This document shows positions 8,940 to 17,500 of a stretch of DNA of 64,000 bases, one piece after another. Every line of letters begins with the position of its first letter. The first letter of the stretch is position 1. The notes under the pieces were generated by a model. The model saw only the letters and a list, made by a program, of their open reading frames with translations, was not told the origin of the DNA and did no database searches. Both the position numbers and the translations under genes were made by a program. The DNA is from a virus (Duplodnaviria > Caudoviricetes), in the IMG/VR virus record IMGVR_UViG_3300033072_000537, positions 27,573 through 91,572 of that record; one strand, 5' to 3'.

Positions 8940-11843
8940 ATGAAGAACAACGAGCTAACGCTCGATGCTGTGAGGGAAGCGCTTTCTTTTATTCCTGCCG
9001 ATGACCGCGACATCTGGGTCAAAATGGCGATGGCCCTCAAGGATGAGTACGGAGACGAGGCCAAGGACGCCTGGCTCGACTGGTCGTCCACTGCGCTGAA
9101 CTACAACGCTTCGTCGGCTGATCACGTCTGGAAATCCGTGTCATCCGGCAAGGTCACCATTGCCAGTCTGATCTACGAAGCCAAGCAGTTCGGCTGGAAG
9201 CCGCGCGCAAGTCATCAGCGCCGAGTCACGCCCGAGGAGTACGCCCGCAAGCAGGCTGAACGCGAGCGCCGACGTGCTGAGGAGGTTGCCGAGGAGCGCG
9301 CAAAGGCCGAGCGTGCAGCCAAGCGTGCCGCCGATATGTGGGAGAAGGCAGAGCCCGCCGCTGACCATCCGTACCTGGCTCGCAAGGGCATCCAGCCCCA
9401 TGGCACTCGCCTGCTGCCGATCTGGGAACGCCGGCACACCGACACTGAGACAGGCGAGGTCACTACCGTGTCGGTGCTCAATGTGCTGCTGGTGCCGATC
9501 TATTCAGGCCCCAAGGCCATTGCCAGCCTGCAAGCGATTTTCGCCGCGACCGACCCAACCCTTGATCGCGACAAGGACTATCTGCCTGGTGGGCACAAGC
9601 AAGGCTGCTACTACACCATCGGCGCCATCACCCGCTCGACGCTGCGCGTGATCTTCTGCGAAGGCTTCGCGACTGGTGCCAGCATCCACGAGGCGACCGG
9701 CTGCCCGGTGGTTGTCTGCTTCGACGCCGGAAATCTTCAGCCGGTGGCCGAGGCAGTCCGCGCAAAGCTGCCCGACGTCGAGATCATCATTGCCGGGGAT
9801 AACGACCTCTGGACCAAGAACAACCCGGGCGCTCGCAAGGCAAATGCCGCCGCGTGGGCGGTACAGGGTCGCGTTGCTCTGCCAATTTTCGAGGATTACA
9901 CTAGCGAGCCGACGGACTTTAATGACCTGCGCGACGCCGATGCTATCCGCGCACAGGTCGATCAGGCCGTCAGCCCGCAAGACCCTGAGCACTACACCCC
10001 CGAATGCCGCTGGGTTCCCCCTGACCAGCCGGCATCGCCCCAGCCGGAGGTGGGCAACAACGAGGTTGATGCTGCCTCGCAAAACGCCGGCAGCGGGAGC
10101 CCTGGACAATCCTTTCCTGGGGCCGAACCCGCCGTGCAGGACTCCCCGCCGGGCCAGGCTGCGCCAACAGCCCCCGGCGGGGCGCACGATGACGACGACG
10201 ACCACGACGCGTCCGGCTACTTCACTATCAAGGGCTACGACCACGACCGCTATTTTGTGTTCCAGCACGAGCGCAAGCAGCTGGCTGTCTATACCGCTGG
10301 CAGTTTCACGGATTCTGGCTTCATCGCGCTGGCACCGCTGCAATTCTGGGAGATCGAATTCCCGGCAGACTCAGGGTTCAACAAGCGCGCGGCCCTCAAC
10401 TGGTTCATCCGACTCGCGCACCGCCGCGGCATCTTCGACCCCAGTCATACCCGAGGTCGTGGTGCCTGGGTGGATCGGGGGCGGATTGTTCTTCACCTGG
10501 GCAACGAACTGGTTGTTGACGGCGAGGTTACGCCGATAACGAAATTCGAGAGCCGCTACGTCTATGAGCTTGACCGCTCACTGCCGCCGCTGTCTGCGAG
10601 TGCGCTCGGGTCCGATGAGGGCGAGGAGCTGCTCGAGCTCGCGGGCCTGTTCCGCTGGACCAAACCGGCCAGTGCGCCCATGCTCGCCGGCTGGTGCGCG
10701 CTGGCTCCGCTCTGCGGTGCGCTCCGTTGGCGTCCGCATATTTGGCTCACGGGTGGAGCTGGTTGCGGCAAATCTAGTATTCTGAACGGATTCGTCCACG
10801 TCCTGATGAACGGCATGGACATTTTCGCCCAAGGCAACTCGACCGAGGCCGGCATCCGGCAGACCCTGCGGCAGGACGCGCTGCCTGTGCTGTTCGACGA
10901 GTCCGAGACGAACAACGACCGCGAGAAAATGCGCGTCGATGGCGTCCTGGCGATGATCCGGCAGGCCTCAACCGAGTCGGCGGCGCGTACCCTCAAGGGC
11001 AGCGCAAGCGGCGACGCCATGGCCTTCCACATCCGGTCCATGTTCTGCCTGGCGTCGATCATGGTCGGCATGGAGAAGCAGGCCGACTACGAGCGCCTCG
11101 CCGTGCTGGCCCTGCGCCCGAAGCACGACAACCCGACCGCAGCGGCCGAGTCCTGGGAGCGCATCAAGAACCGGCTGTATGACCTCGGGCGCGACGAGGA
11201 TTTACCGGCCCGGCTATTCCGCCGCTCGCTCAACCTGCTGCCGATCACGCTCAAGAACATCGAGGTGTTCGCTTCAGCTGGGGCCAAGAAGTTCGGCAGC
11301 CAGCGCGACGGCGACCAGTACGGGACGCTCATGGCCGGGGCCTGGAGCCTGATCTCCGACCGCGTCGCAAGCGAAGACGAAGCCATGGAGATGCTCAACC
11401 GCTACGAGTGGAACGAGCACATGGAGTATGCGGATGCTGACGAGTCCATGCGGGCGCTGCACGCCGTCATGGAGGCCCGGATTCGCCTGCAAGGCGGGCA
11501 GGAGTTGGCCGTGCATGAGATCGTCGAGCTTGCCAAAAATCGCATCGTCGAGGGCGTCGAGATCAGCGCATCGCTGGCCGATACGATCCTGCAGCGCTAC
11601 GGCATGCGGGTCAGAGATGATTACCTGCTGTTCTCAAACTCCAGCACTGCGCTCCGCGGCCTTGTGCATGGCAGCTCGTTCGAGTCCGATCTGCGCGGCC
11701 ACCTGCTGCGCGTTCCAGGAGCCTCCAGGTTCGACAATCGGCCGGTCAAAATCGGCCCGGCGGTGTCCAAGTGCGTGGCGATTCCGCTGAACCTGATCAT
11801 TCACGATGACCCGATTATGGGTGACGACGACCGCCCATTCTGA
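8940..11843 (+). CDS. Primase-helicase (PriCT-2 + TOPRIM + P-loop helicase)
   Basis: PriCT-2 N-terminus, CEGFATG…GDND…DFND TOPRIM, Walker A GGAGCGKS, LFDE; acidic DDDRPF tail. Confidence 0.9.
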   Translation: MKNNELTLDAVREALSFIPADDRDIWVKMAMALKDEYGDEAKDAWLDWSSTALNYNASSADHVWKSVSSGKVTIASLIYEAKQFGWKPRASHQRRVTPEEYARKQAERERRRAEEVAEERAKAERAAKRAADMWEKAEPAADHPYLARKGIQPHGTRLLPIWERRHTDTETGEVTTVSVLNVLLVPIYSGPKAIASLQAIFAATDPTLDRDKDYLPGGHKQGCYYTIGAITRSTLRVIFCEGFATGASIHEATGCPVVVCFDAGNLQPVAEAVRAKLPDVEIIIAGDNDLWTKNNPGARKANAAAWAVQGRVALPIFEDYTSEPTDFNDLRDADAIRAQVDQAVSPQDPEHYTPECRWVPPDQPASPQPEVGNNEVDAASQNAGSGSPGQSFPGAEPAVQDSPPGQAAPTAPGGAHDDDDDHDASGYFTIKGYDHDRYFVFQHERKQLAVYTAGSFTDSGFIALAPLQFWEIEFPADSGFNKRAALNWFIRLAHRRGIFDPSHTRGRGAWVDRGRIVLHLGNELVVDGEVTPITKFESRYVYELDRSLPPLSASALGSDEGEELLELAGLFRWTKPASAPMLAGWCALAPLCGALRWRPHIWLTGGAGCGKSSILNGFVHVLMNGMDIFAQGNSTEAGIRQTLRQDALPVLFDESETNNDREKMRVDGVLAMIRQASTESAARTLKGSASGDAMAFHIRSMFCLASIMVGMEKQADYERLAVLALRPKHDNPTAAAESWERIKNRLYDLGRDEDLPARLFRRSLNLLPITLKNIEVFASAGAKKFGSQRDGDQYGTLMAGAWSLISDRVASEDEAMEMLNRYEWNEHMEYADADESMRALHAVMEARIRLQGGQELAVHEIVELAKNRIVEGVEISASLADTILQRYGMRVRDDYLLFSNSSTALRGLVHGSSFESDLRGHLLRVPGASRFDNRPVKIGPAVSKCVAIPLNLIIHDDPIMGDDDRPF

Positions 11844-11873
11844 TCAACACCGATTACCAGGCAGTACCCTTTG

Positions 11874-11897
11874 CCGCCCTTCGGGGCGGTTTTTTTG
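11874..11897 (+). terminator. Rho-independent terminator
   Basis: CCGCCC-TTCG-GGGCGG-TTTTTTT. Confidence 0.85.
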
Positions 11898-11968
11898 TGC
11901 CCGCCGTTCGGGGGCGGTGGCTGGCGGTAAATTTGGCCGCTCGGCGCTAATCACCTGAAATGGGCAAT

Positions 11969-12219
11969 GGTTATTTACCAAGTCGGTTTTGGTAACCGAT
12001 TTTTAACCAGCAGTTTTCAATGAAATCAATGGCTTAACCGTTTACCGGATTTTCCGGGGGATAGAGACTATGTGTGTGTGCGCGTGTGTGTGCGTGCGCG
12101 CACGCATGTGTGTACGTATAGGATTATATTATTTTGGTAAATTTGGTTAATTGGTTAAGTATATGAATTGAAAGGGGGATTTCTTAACCAAGCCTTAACC
12201 AGCGGTTACCTGTCGGTTA
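11969..12219. repeat. ori-like element copy 1: GGT(T/A)A / T(A/T)ACC iterons, IHF-like site, 52-bp alternating purine-pyrimidine tract, AT-rich segment
   Basis: RY tract 12069-12120; AATCAATGGCTTA at 12024-12036 fits the IHF consensus; lies directly downstream of primase-helicase. Confidence 0.7.
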
Positions 12220-12318
12220 AAGCACCGAATTCGGATAATTCACCCGATTTCACGCATTGCCCACTTACCCCAAATACCGCCGTGATAAAATCCGCCCCAC
12301 CGCATACAAGGGGCAGGC

Positions 12319-12873
12319 ATGCAATCACCAACCGTCGAGTATTCAACCAGGGCTGACTGCCCCGGCACGTTCTTTCGCTGCGAACCCAATCGAGCGACTC
12401 TGACGGTTTCATCCTGCGCTCGAATGTGGGAACAGGCCAACGCAAAAGGCCGCCGGCAAGACCCATGCGACCGCCTACACCACTGTTTCGGATGCGAGCT
12501 GGGAGCAACCCATGCGGGCGTCGAAATCGTGCGATCCAACCACCTCTACGGCGCCCGCATCTGCTCCCGTTGCCATCGCCCATCAAACCGGCTGATCCAC
12601 GGCGAGCACTGCACCTCGTGTTATAACCGTCAAAGAGAGGTCGAGATCGGCCGCAACGGCAAAGGCACCCGACCGGTAAAACACGCCCACCTACACGCCT
12701 GCCGGCTGCTCGTCGCAATCAACGGCCAACCCCAGGCCAAACGGTTTGAGCGCATCGCCGACACAGCCGAGGCGATTGTGTCCGTGCTCAGGCACGCGCA
12801 AGGCGTCGTGGTCTTCGGGTTCAAGGGCATCATCCAGTCCAGCCCGCGCCCGGTCCAGCTGGAGCTGTTCTGA
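12319..12873 (+). CDS. Multi-Zn-finger hypothetical protein ending in QLELF
   Basis: Several CxxC pairs; C-terminal clamp-binding-like motif. Confidence 0.65.
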   Translation: MQSPTVEYSTRADCPGTFFRCEPNRATLTVSSCARMWEQANAKGRRQDPCDRLHHCFGCELGATHAGVEIVRSNHLYGARICSRCHRPSNRLIHGEHCTSCYNRQREVEIGRNGKGTRPVKHAHLHACRLLVAINGQPQAKRFERIADTAEAIVSVLRHAQGVVVFGFKGIIQSSPRPVQLELF

Positions 12874-13112
12874 TGGCGCTCTGGAAACTGACCGACCACG
12901 CATGCCGGCATTGCCTGGCCCGCCTGCTGGTGTCCGAGGACGGTAAGCGCGTCATGTGCCCAAACTGCGAGGCCGCAGCCGATGACGGCGTGAAATCGCT
13001 GTGCGCGTGCGGCATGAAACTGAAGTCAGGCAAGTCAGCCGGTCTGCGCTGCATACGCAACCCCAACCCGACCGACGAGATGCCGTCCAGGATCGTCGCC
13101 AGCGCGATATGA
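12873..13112 (+). CDS. Small Cys-rich Zn-binding protein
   Basis: TGATG coupling; CRHC, CPNC, CAC. Confidence 0.7.
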   Translation: MALWKLTDHACRHCLARLLVSEDGKRVMCPNCEAAADDGVKSLCACGMKLKSGKSAGLRCIRNPNPTDEMPSRIVASAI

Positions 13113-13630
13113 GCGACGATCTCAACCTAGCCGAGTACGAGGTGCCGGCTGACACGGAAAACGGCCCCAAGGCGATTTGCGAGCTCCTGGTGGTGACGTG
13201 CAACGAGTTCGCCCACCTGCGCGAAGGCGAGCCCCGCATCCTGATCCTGTTCCGTACCATCCCCAAGGTGAAGGGGGGGAGGGCAGTCCTCGGCGAGTGC
13301 TGTATGCCGACCGTTCAGGGCAGCCTGCGCAGCATGTTCGAGTGGCTCATGGTCGAGCGCTTCGGGTTCTATCCGGACTTCATGATCCTGCTCGACCGCG
13401 ACTGGTGGAACGAGGCCGACGAGCGAAGCCGGGAAGCGCTCATGTTCCACGAGCTCATGCACGCCGACCAGGCCGTCGATCAGTACGGGGCGCCGAGGTT
13501 CAACAAGGAAACCGGCGAGCCTTGCTGGCGCATCCGTGGCCACGACATCGAGGAGTTCAACGCCGTGGTGGAAAGGTACGGGGCGTGGCTTCCGGATATT
13601 CGGGCGTTTATCGAGGCATCGAAGGGCTAG
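13109..13630 (+). CDS. Putative phage metallopeptidase
   Basis: HELMH zinc motif plus HDIEEF. Confidence 0.85.
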   Translation: MSDDLNLAEYEVPADTENGPKAICELLVVTCNEFAHLREGEPRILILFRTIPKVKGGRAVLGECCMPTVQGSLRSMFEWLMVERFGFYPDFMILLDRDWWNEADERSREALMFHELMHADQAVDQYGAPRFNKETGEPCWRIRGHDIEEFNAVVERYGAWLPDIRAFIEASKG

Positions 13631-13757
13631 TCTCAAGTCTCATGAGACACATTGAGAATGGCCCCGGACCAATAAACACAAGGGTTTGCGGCTTCGGCTG
13701 TTCAATTTTGGATAACAGATACTTGGAGCGTCTCACTCGCAATGAGACGATGAAACG

Positions 13758-14366
13758 ATGGCAGGGAACAAAGACACATCCGCGCTGAAGGAGGCCGTAA
13801 TCGCCGAGCTGCGCGACGCGATCAAAAACTACGGGACAGAAGCCGCCCCCAAGCTGGTCCGCGAGCGCTACCCGGACATCGCCAAGCCGACCTGGTATCG
13901 CTGGCTGAAGGAGGTACAGGCGACGCCGATGGATGTCGCGGTTCAAACGGCGGTGAAGGCTGCCGCCAAGCATCTGCCGGTTGCGCCGCCGCCGTCGTAC
14001 ATCAACGAGCGCCCGGTCGAGGCCCGCCAGGGTATCAACTTCATGGAGCGGCTCGAGCACCTTTACGCCGATGCCGAGATGCTGCGCGCCTGGTCGACGT
14101 CGAAGGTGACCGACGCCAGCGGCAAGGAGTCAGAGCGCATCAAAGTGCCGGCGTTCTTCTCGCAGTCGATCAAGCTGCGCTCCGACCTGTTGGAAACCGC
14201 CGTCCGTACCGTGCAGCAGTTCTACGACCTGCGCCGCATGCAGCAGTTCTACGACTCCGTGCTGGAGGAAATCGCAGCTGAGTCGCCAGAAGTCGCACAG
14301 CGTATCACTGAGCGGCTGGCCCGCCTGGATTCGGAAATGGGAATGACGGTCAATGCGCGCGTGTGA
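13758..14366 (+). CDS. Putative terminase small subunit
   Basis: N-terminal HTH-like region (TWYRWLKEV), helical C-terminus, upstream of TerL; assignment mainly positional. Confidence 0.5.
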   Translation: MAGNKDTSALKEAVIAELRDAIKNYGTEAAPKLVRERYPDIAKPTWYRWLKEVQATPMDVAVQTAVKAAAKHLPVAPPPSYINERPVEARQGINFMERLEHLYADAEMLRAWSTSKVTDASGKESERIKVPAFFSQSIKLRSDLLETAVRTVQQFYDLRRMQQFYDSVLEEIAAESPEVAQRITERLARLDSEMGMTVNARV

Positions 14367-14409
14367 CCGCAAGTAGTTGACACGCCTTAATCAATTTAGG
14401 TTAAGATTA

Positions 14410-14443
14410 TCCCGCCCGTTCAACTTCTGGGCGGGATTTTTTT
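14410..14443 (+). terminator. Rho-independent terminator
   Basis: TCCCGCCC…GGGCGGGA followed by T7. Confidence 0.7.
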
Positions 14444-14493
14444 AGGGGGTTTCAAGTGTCCAAAATTCATTCTTTTGCAAATGGGGTGGCTCA

Positions 14494-14850
14494 ATGAGCG
14501 CGGCCAACAACGGAGGGTCGGCGTTTCCGATCCCTCTCACAGACGAGCAAGAGCAACGCTGGAATCAATCGCCGGAATTGGGTAGCGCGAACGGCATGAC
14601 CCTGCGCCAGTACGCAGCAATCAAGTTGCGCGTACCGCAATCAGGAACGGACTGGCTTGATGAGATGATCGTCGAGTCTCGTCGGCAGGACTTGTTCGCG
14701 GCGGTTTCTTCTGCGCCGTTTGCTCATCCTGGTCGCCTCGGAACGGTAGTCGAGGCACTTGAAAAGGCGTCCGATGTCGTCAATGCCACGCGGGAGATTT
14801 CGCGGTTCGACGCCATGCTCGCCGCCCGCGAGAAAGGCGGTGCGGCATGA
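14494..14850 (+). CDS. Phage hypothetical protein (GGSAFP…GMTLRQYAA family)
   Basis: Common phage early-gene motif. Confidence 0.75.
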   Translation: MSAANNGGSAFPIPLTDEQEQRWNQSPELGSANGMTLRQYAAIKLRVPQSGTDWLDEMIVESRRQDLFAAVSSAPFAHPGRLGTVVEALEKASDVVNATREISRFDAMLAAREKGGAA

Positions 14851-15593
14851 GCCAGCCTTTCCGCCCCTCATTCCCTCACCCGCTTCCGGTTTTTGAGTGC
14901 CGGAGCCAAGTAGGCGCGCTCAAGGTCCGGGCAAAAGTCCCGACAGGCAGCGGGTACGACCTGCATTTCGAGGACGACCGTTTCCCGGTTTTGAGCGTCG
15001 GGAGGGATTTGGAATGGCCTTATTTGATCTTGCACGAGATTGATCAGGCCGTTGGTTACGTAGTCCAATCCGAGCCTGACGGTGATGTTTTTTTCGTGCG
15101 GGGTGATCTTTTCGATGCGCTTGGTTTCAAGGCGGCGCAGGAAGGAACGGACGGCGTCGAGCCCGCCGCCGCCTTCGAGTCCGGCTACTCGCTGGTGGAG
15201 ATCGCCGACGGCGCTGTCCAGTCGATGGACTTCGGCGACGCAATCCGGGCGCTGAAATCAGGCAAGCGCGTTGCGCGGGCTGGCTGGAATGGCAAGGGGA
15301 TGTGGCTGTCGCTCTCGGCCCCGGCGTCAGGCGGCCCGTTCGCGCTCGCCCGCAGCGTCCCCGCTGAGTACTTCTGGAGCGAAAACAACCGCGCCTATGC
15401 CGAGGAAAACGGCGGCTTCGCCACCGTGCTTCCGTGCATCACCATGAAGACCGCGACCGGCGAAATCCTGATGGGCTGGCTTGCCAGCCAGTCGGACATG
15501 CTGGCCGTGGATTGGTTGGTCGTTGAGGCACAGGCAGATGAGGTGTTGCCCGTCGGCCCGGCGACGCAGGCTGCGCGGGAGGTGGGGCAGTGA
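14847..15593 (+). CDS. DUF2829/Tad2-like anti-defence protein with extra N-terminal domain
   Basis: MDFGDAIRALKSGKRVARAGWNGKGMWL…GWLASQSDMLAVDWLVV. Confidence 0.85.
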   Translation: MSQPFRPSFPHPLPVFECRSQVGALKVRAKVPTGSGYDLHFEDDRFPVLSVGRDLEWPYLILHEIDQAVGYVVQSEPDGDVFFVRGDLFDALGFKAAQEGTDGVEPAAAFESGYSLVEIADGAVQSMDFGDAIRALKSGKRVARAGWNGKGMWLSLSAPASGGPFALARSVPAEYFWSENNRAYAEENGGFATVLPCITMKTATGEILMGWLASQSDMLAVDWLVVEAQADEVLPVGPATQAAREVGQ

Positions 15594-15697
15594 ATCATAC
15601 CCTGCTCGGCGTCGCCATTGGACTCGTCGCATTCCTTGTTGCGATGCTGCTGATCTACCTGCTCGTCCCGCCGGCCAAGGCCCCTGGCGGTTGGTAG
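15590..15697 (+). CDS. 35-aa single-pass membrane protein
   Basis: GTGA overlap, GGAGG RBS; MNHTLLGVAIGLVAFLVAMLLIYLLVPPAKAPGGW. Confidence 0.5.
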   Translation: MNHTLLGVAIGLVAFLVAMLLIYLLVPPAKAPGGW

Positions 15698-15815
15698 TCA
15701 GCCTCTGAATCTGGACGTCAGGCATCCGCCGGCCTGACGCATCAAAGACTTACGGCGGCAACCGGAATTTCGGGCGCACATCGGGCGCACCAACAACCAA
15801 GAAGGGAAGCAACCC

Positions 15816-16448
15816 ATGAGCAACGCATTCAGCAACGCCCTGGCGCTTGAGAGCGTCGGCGAACTTGGCATCTTTGACGCTGCCACTGGCACCTACTCTG
15901 GCGTCACCCATGATGATCTTGTCAGATACGCTCGCACCGTCGCTTACAAAGTTTTCCACAACCTCAAGCTCGGCCACACCATGAGCAAGGAAGACGATCC
16001 GCTTACGGTCGACGGGGTCAGTGCTGCAAATGTCTGGGCGGATCACTACGAGTTCGTATCCGAGAATCCGCTCTGCGGAGAGTGGTATCGCGTCCCGTAT
16101 CCGCCTACTGATGCCATGAAAGACGCTTGGAACAACGACGATAGCAATGACTTCAATACGGCATATCTCGCGATGGTTCATGCTTCGCCAGCCGCCGACC
16201 AGTGCTGCGGCAAGTGCGAGAAGCCGGACGGCCGCGCCCCGCAATACACCGACCTCGAGCAGCGCCTGGCCGCAGACCTTCACGCTGCGCAGCACCTGCT
16301 GGCCATCGCCACGCATAAGCTGGGTGGCACGATGGTTGTCACTCCCGGAGACGCTGATGTGCCGCATCGGTCGACGCTCGGCGGTTCGGTTGATCCCGAG
16401 ACCGGCAACTACATCCTGACGCTGGTTCAGGCACCGGCGGTGCAGTGA
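15816..16448 (+). CDS. Hypothetical protein
   Basis: RBS, codon usage. Confidence 0.65.
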   Translation: MSNAFSNALALESVGELGIFDAATGTYSGVTHDDLVRYARTVAYKVFHNLKLGHTMSKEDDPLTVDGVSAANVWADHYEFVSENPLCGEWYRVPYPPTDAMKDAWNNDDSNDFNTAYLAMVHASPAADQCCGKCEKPDGRAPQYTDLEQRLAADLHAAQHLLAIATHKLGGTMVVTPGDADVPHRSTLGGSVDPETGNYILTLVQAPAVQ

Positions 16449-17050
16449 TGACCCGCGACAATGTTCTGCGGCTGGCGCGCGAGGCTGGGTTCGATCCCGG
16501 AACCCCGGCTATTGAGGATTGGCTTGAGCGCTTCTACGCTCTGGCCGTTGCGGACGAGCGCGCCAGGATGCCGCCACCCCCGCTCGTCGTCGACGTGAGC
16601 AGCATTGACCCCGGCGAGCTGGCCGACGCGATGAAACGCGCCAGGCCTGATTCTGCTCCCGTGCTTGTGCCTGTGCAGGCGACCCGCAAGCAGCACATCG
16701 ACGCACTGGTCGGAGACCGCCTGACAGCCGACAAGGCAGACCACATCTGCGAACGTGACGGCTACGCTGTTACGGGGGTGGTGCTGACCCTGCCCGATGG
16801 CCGGGCCTGCATCGTCAATCGTTCGGCTGTTCGCTGGCTGCACGGCGAAACCGATCTGTGGAACCTTCTGCACACCGATAGCGCTCTGAACCAGCGGCTG
16901 ATCGCCGAGGCTGTGGACGCCGAGCGCGAGGCGTTCGCGAAGGTGTGCGACGTGATCCGCCGTCACCTCAAACCGGATGCTCAACAACAGAATGCTTGCG
17001 AGGCTCTGGAGTCGGCATCGGAAGCCATCCGCTCCCGAGGTCAATCATGA
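16445..17050 (+). CDS. Hypothetical protein
   Basis: Coupled ORF. Confidence 0.65.
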   Translation: MMTRDNVLRLAREAGFDPGTPAIEDWLERFYALAVADERARMPPPPLVVDVSSIDPGELADAMKRARPDSAPVLVPVQATRKQHIDALVGDRLTADKADHICERDGYAVTGVVLTLPDGRACIVNRSAVRWLHGETDLWNLLHTDSALNQRLIAEAVDAEREAFAKVCDVIRRHLKPDAQQQNACEALESASEAIRSRGQS

Positions 17051-17247
17051 GCCCGGCCGCCTCCATGTCACTGGCGCTCGTGCTGGTTTCCCTGGGCTTG
17101 ATCCTCATGATCCTTGCCTTCGGCATGTGGATCGCGGCTCGCAAGTACCCCGCTGCTGAACCTCCGGCGGACCGCAGCGAACGGGCCATCTGTCTGGTAC
17201 TCCTGGGCGCTGGTGCTTACGCGATGGCTCTTGGGTGTGCGTTATGA
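17047..17247 (+). CDS. Two-TM small membrane protein
   Basis: ATGA overlap, two hydrophobic segments. Confidence 0.6.
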   Translation: MSPAASMSLALVLVSLGLILMILAFGMWIAARKYPAAEPPADRSERAICLVLLGAGAYAMALGCAL

Positions 17248-17453
17248 GCCGCTACGCCACCGGGGAGCCCGACGCCATCGACCGCGCCCGGCGCGTCACC
17301 GCGCTGGATGCCAAGATGGCGGGCGTGATGTGCTCGTCTTTCCGCTGTGTCTGCTGCGGCAAGGATCGGAAGACCGAGGGCCGCAAGCAGATGGTCAAGG
17401 GCACGAACAAGTTCGGCTACAAGTGCGCGTGTTGCGTGGAGGAGGGGCAATGA
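17244..17453 (+). CDS. Small Zn-finger protein
   Basis: ATGA overlap; CVCC…CACC. Confidence 0.6.
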   Translation: MSRYATGEPDAIDRARRVTALDAKMAGVMCSSFRCVCCGKDRKTEGRKQMVKGTNKFGYKCACCVEEGQ

Positions 17454-17476
17454 GTCGAGCCGGTGCCGCCGCCGCT

Positions 17477-17492
17477 GGCGTGACGCCATAAT
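17477..17492 (+). promoter_or_regulatory. Late-type promoter (leaderless) for terL
   Basis: GGCGTGAC-GC-CATAAT, 8 nt before ATG. Confidence 0.7.
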
Positions 17493-17500
17493 CCCCGCCT

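Noticed and set aside
12069-12120. (GT/GC)n tract as eukaryotic microsatellite contamination or assembly artefact
   Set aside because: A diverged second copy with the same flanking architecture exists at 40668-40713, and both sit in coherent phage context
14377-14443. TTGACA promoter followed by a terminator as an attenuator
   Set aside because: Spacing to the best -10 is 19 nt and the hairpin is adequately explained as the terminator of 13758-14366; unresolved
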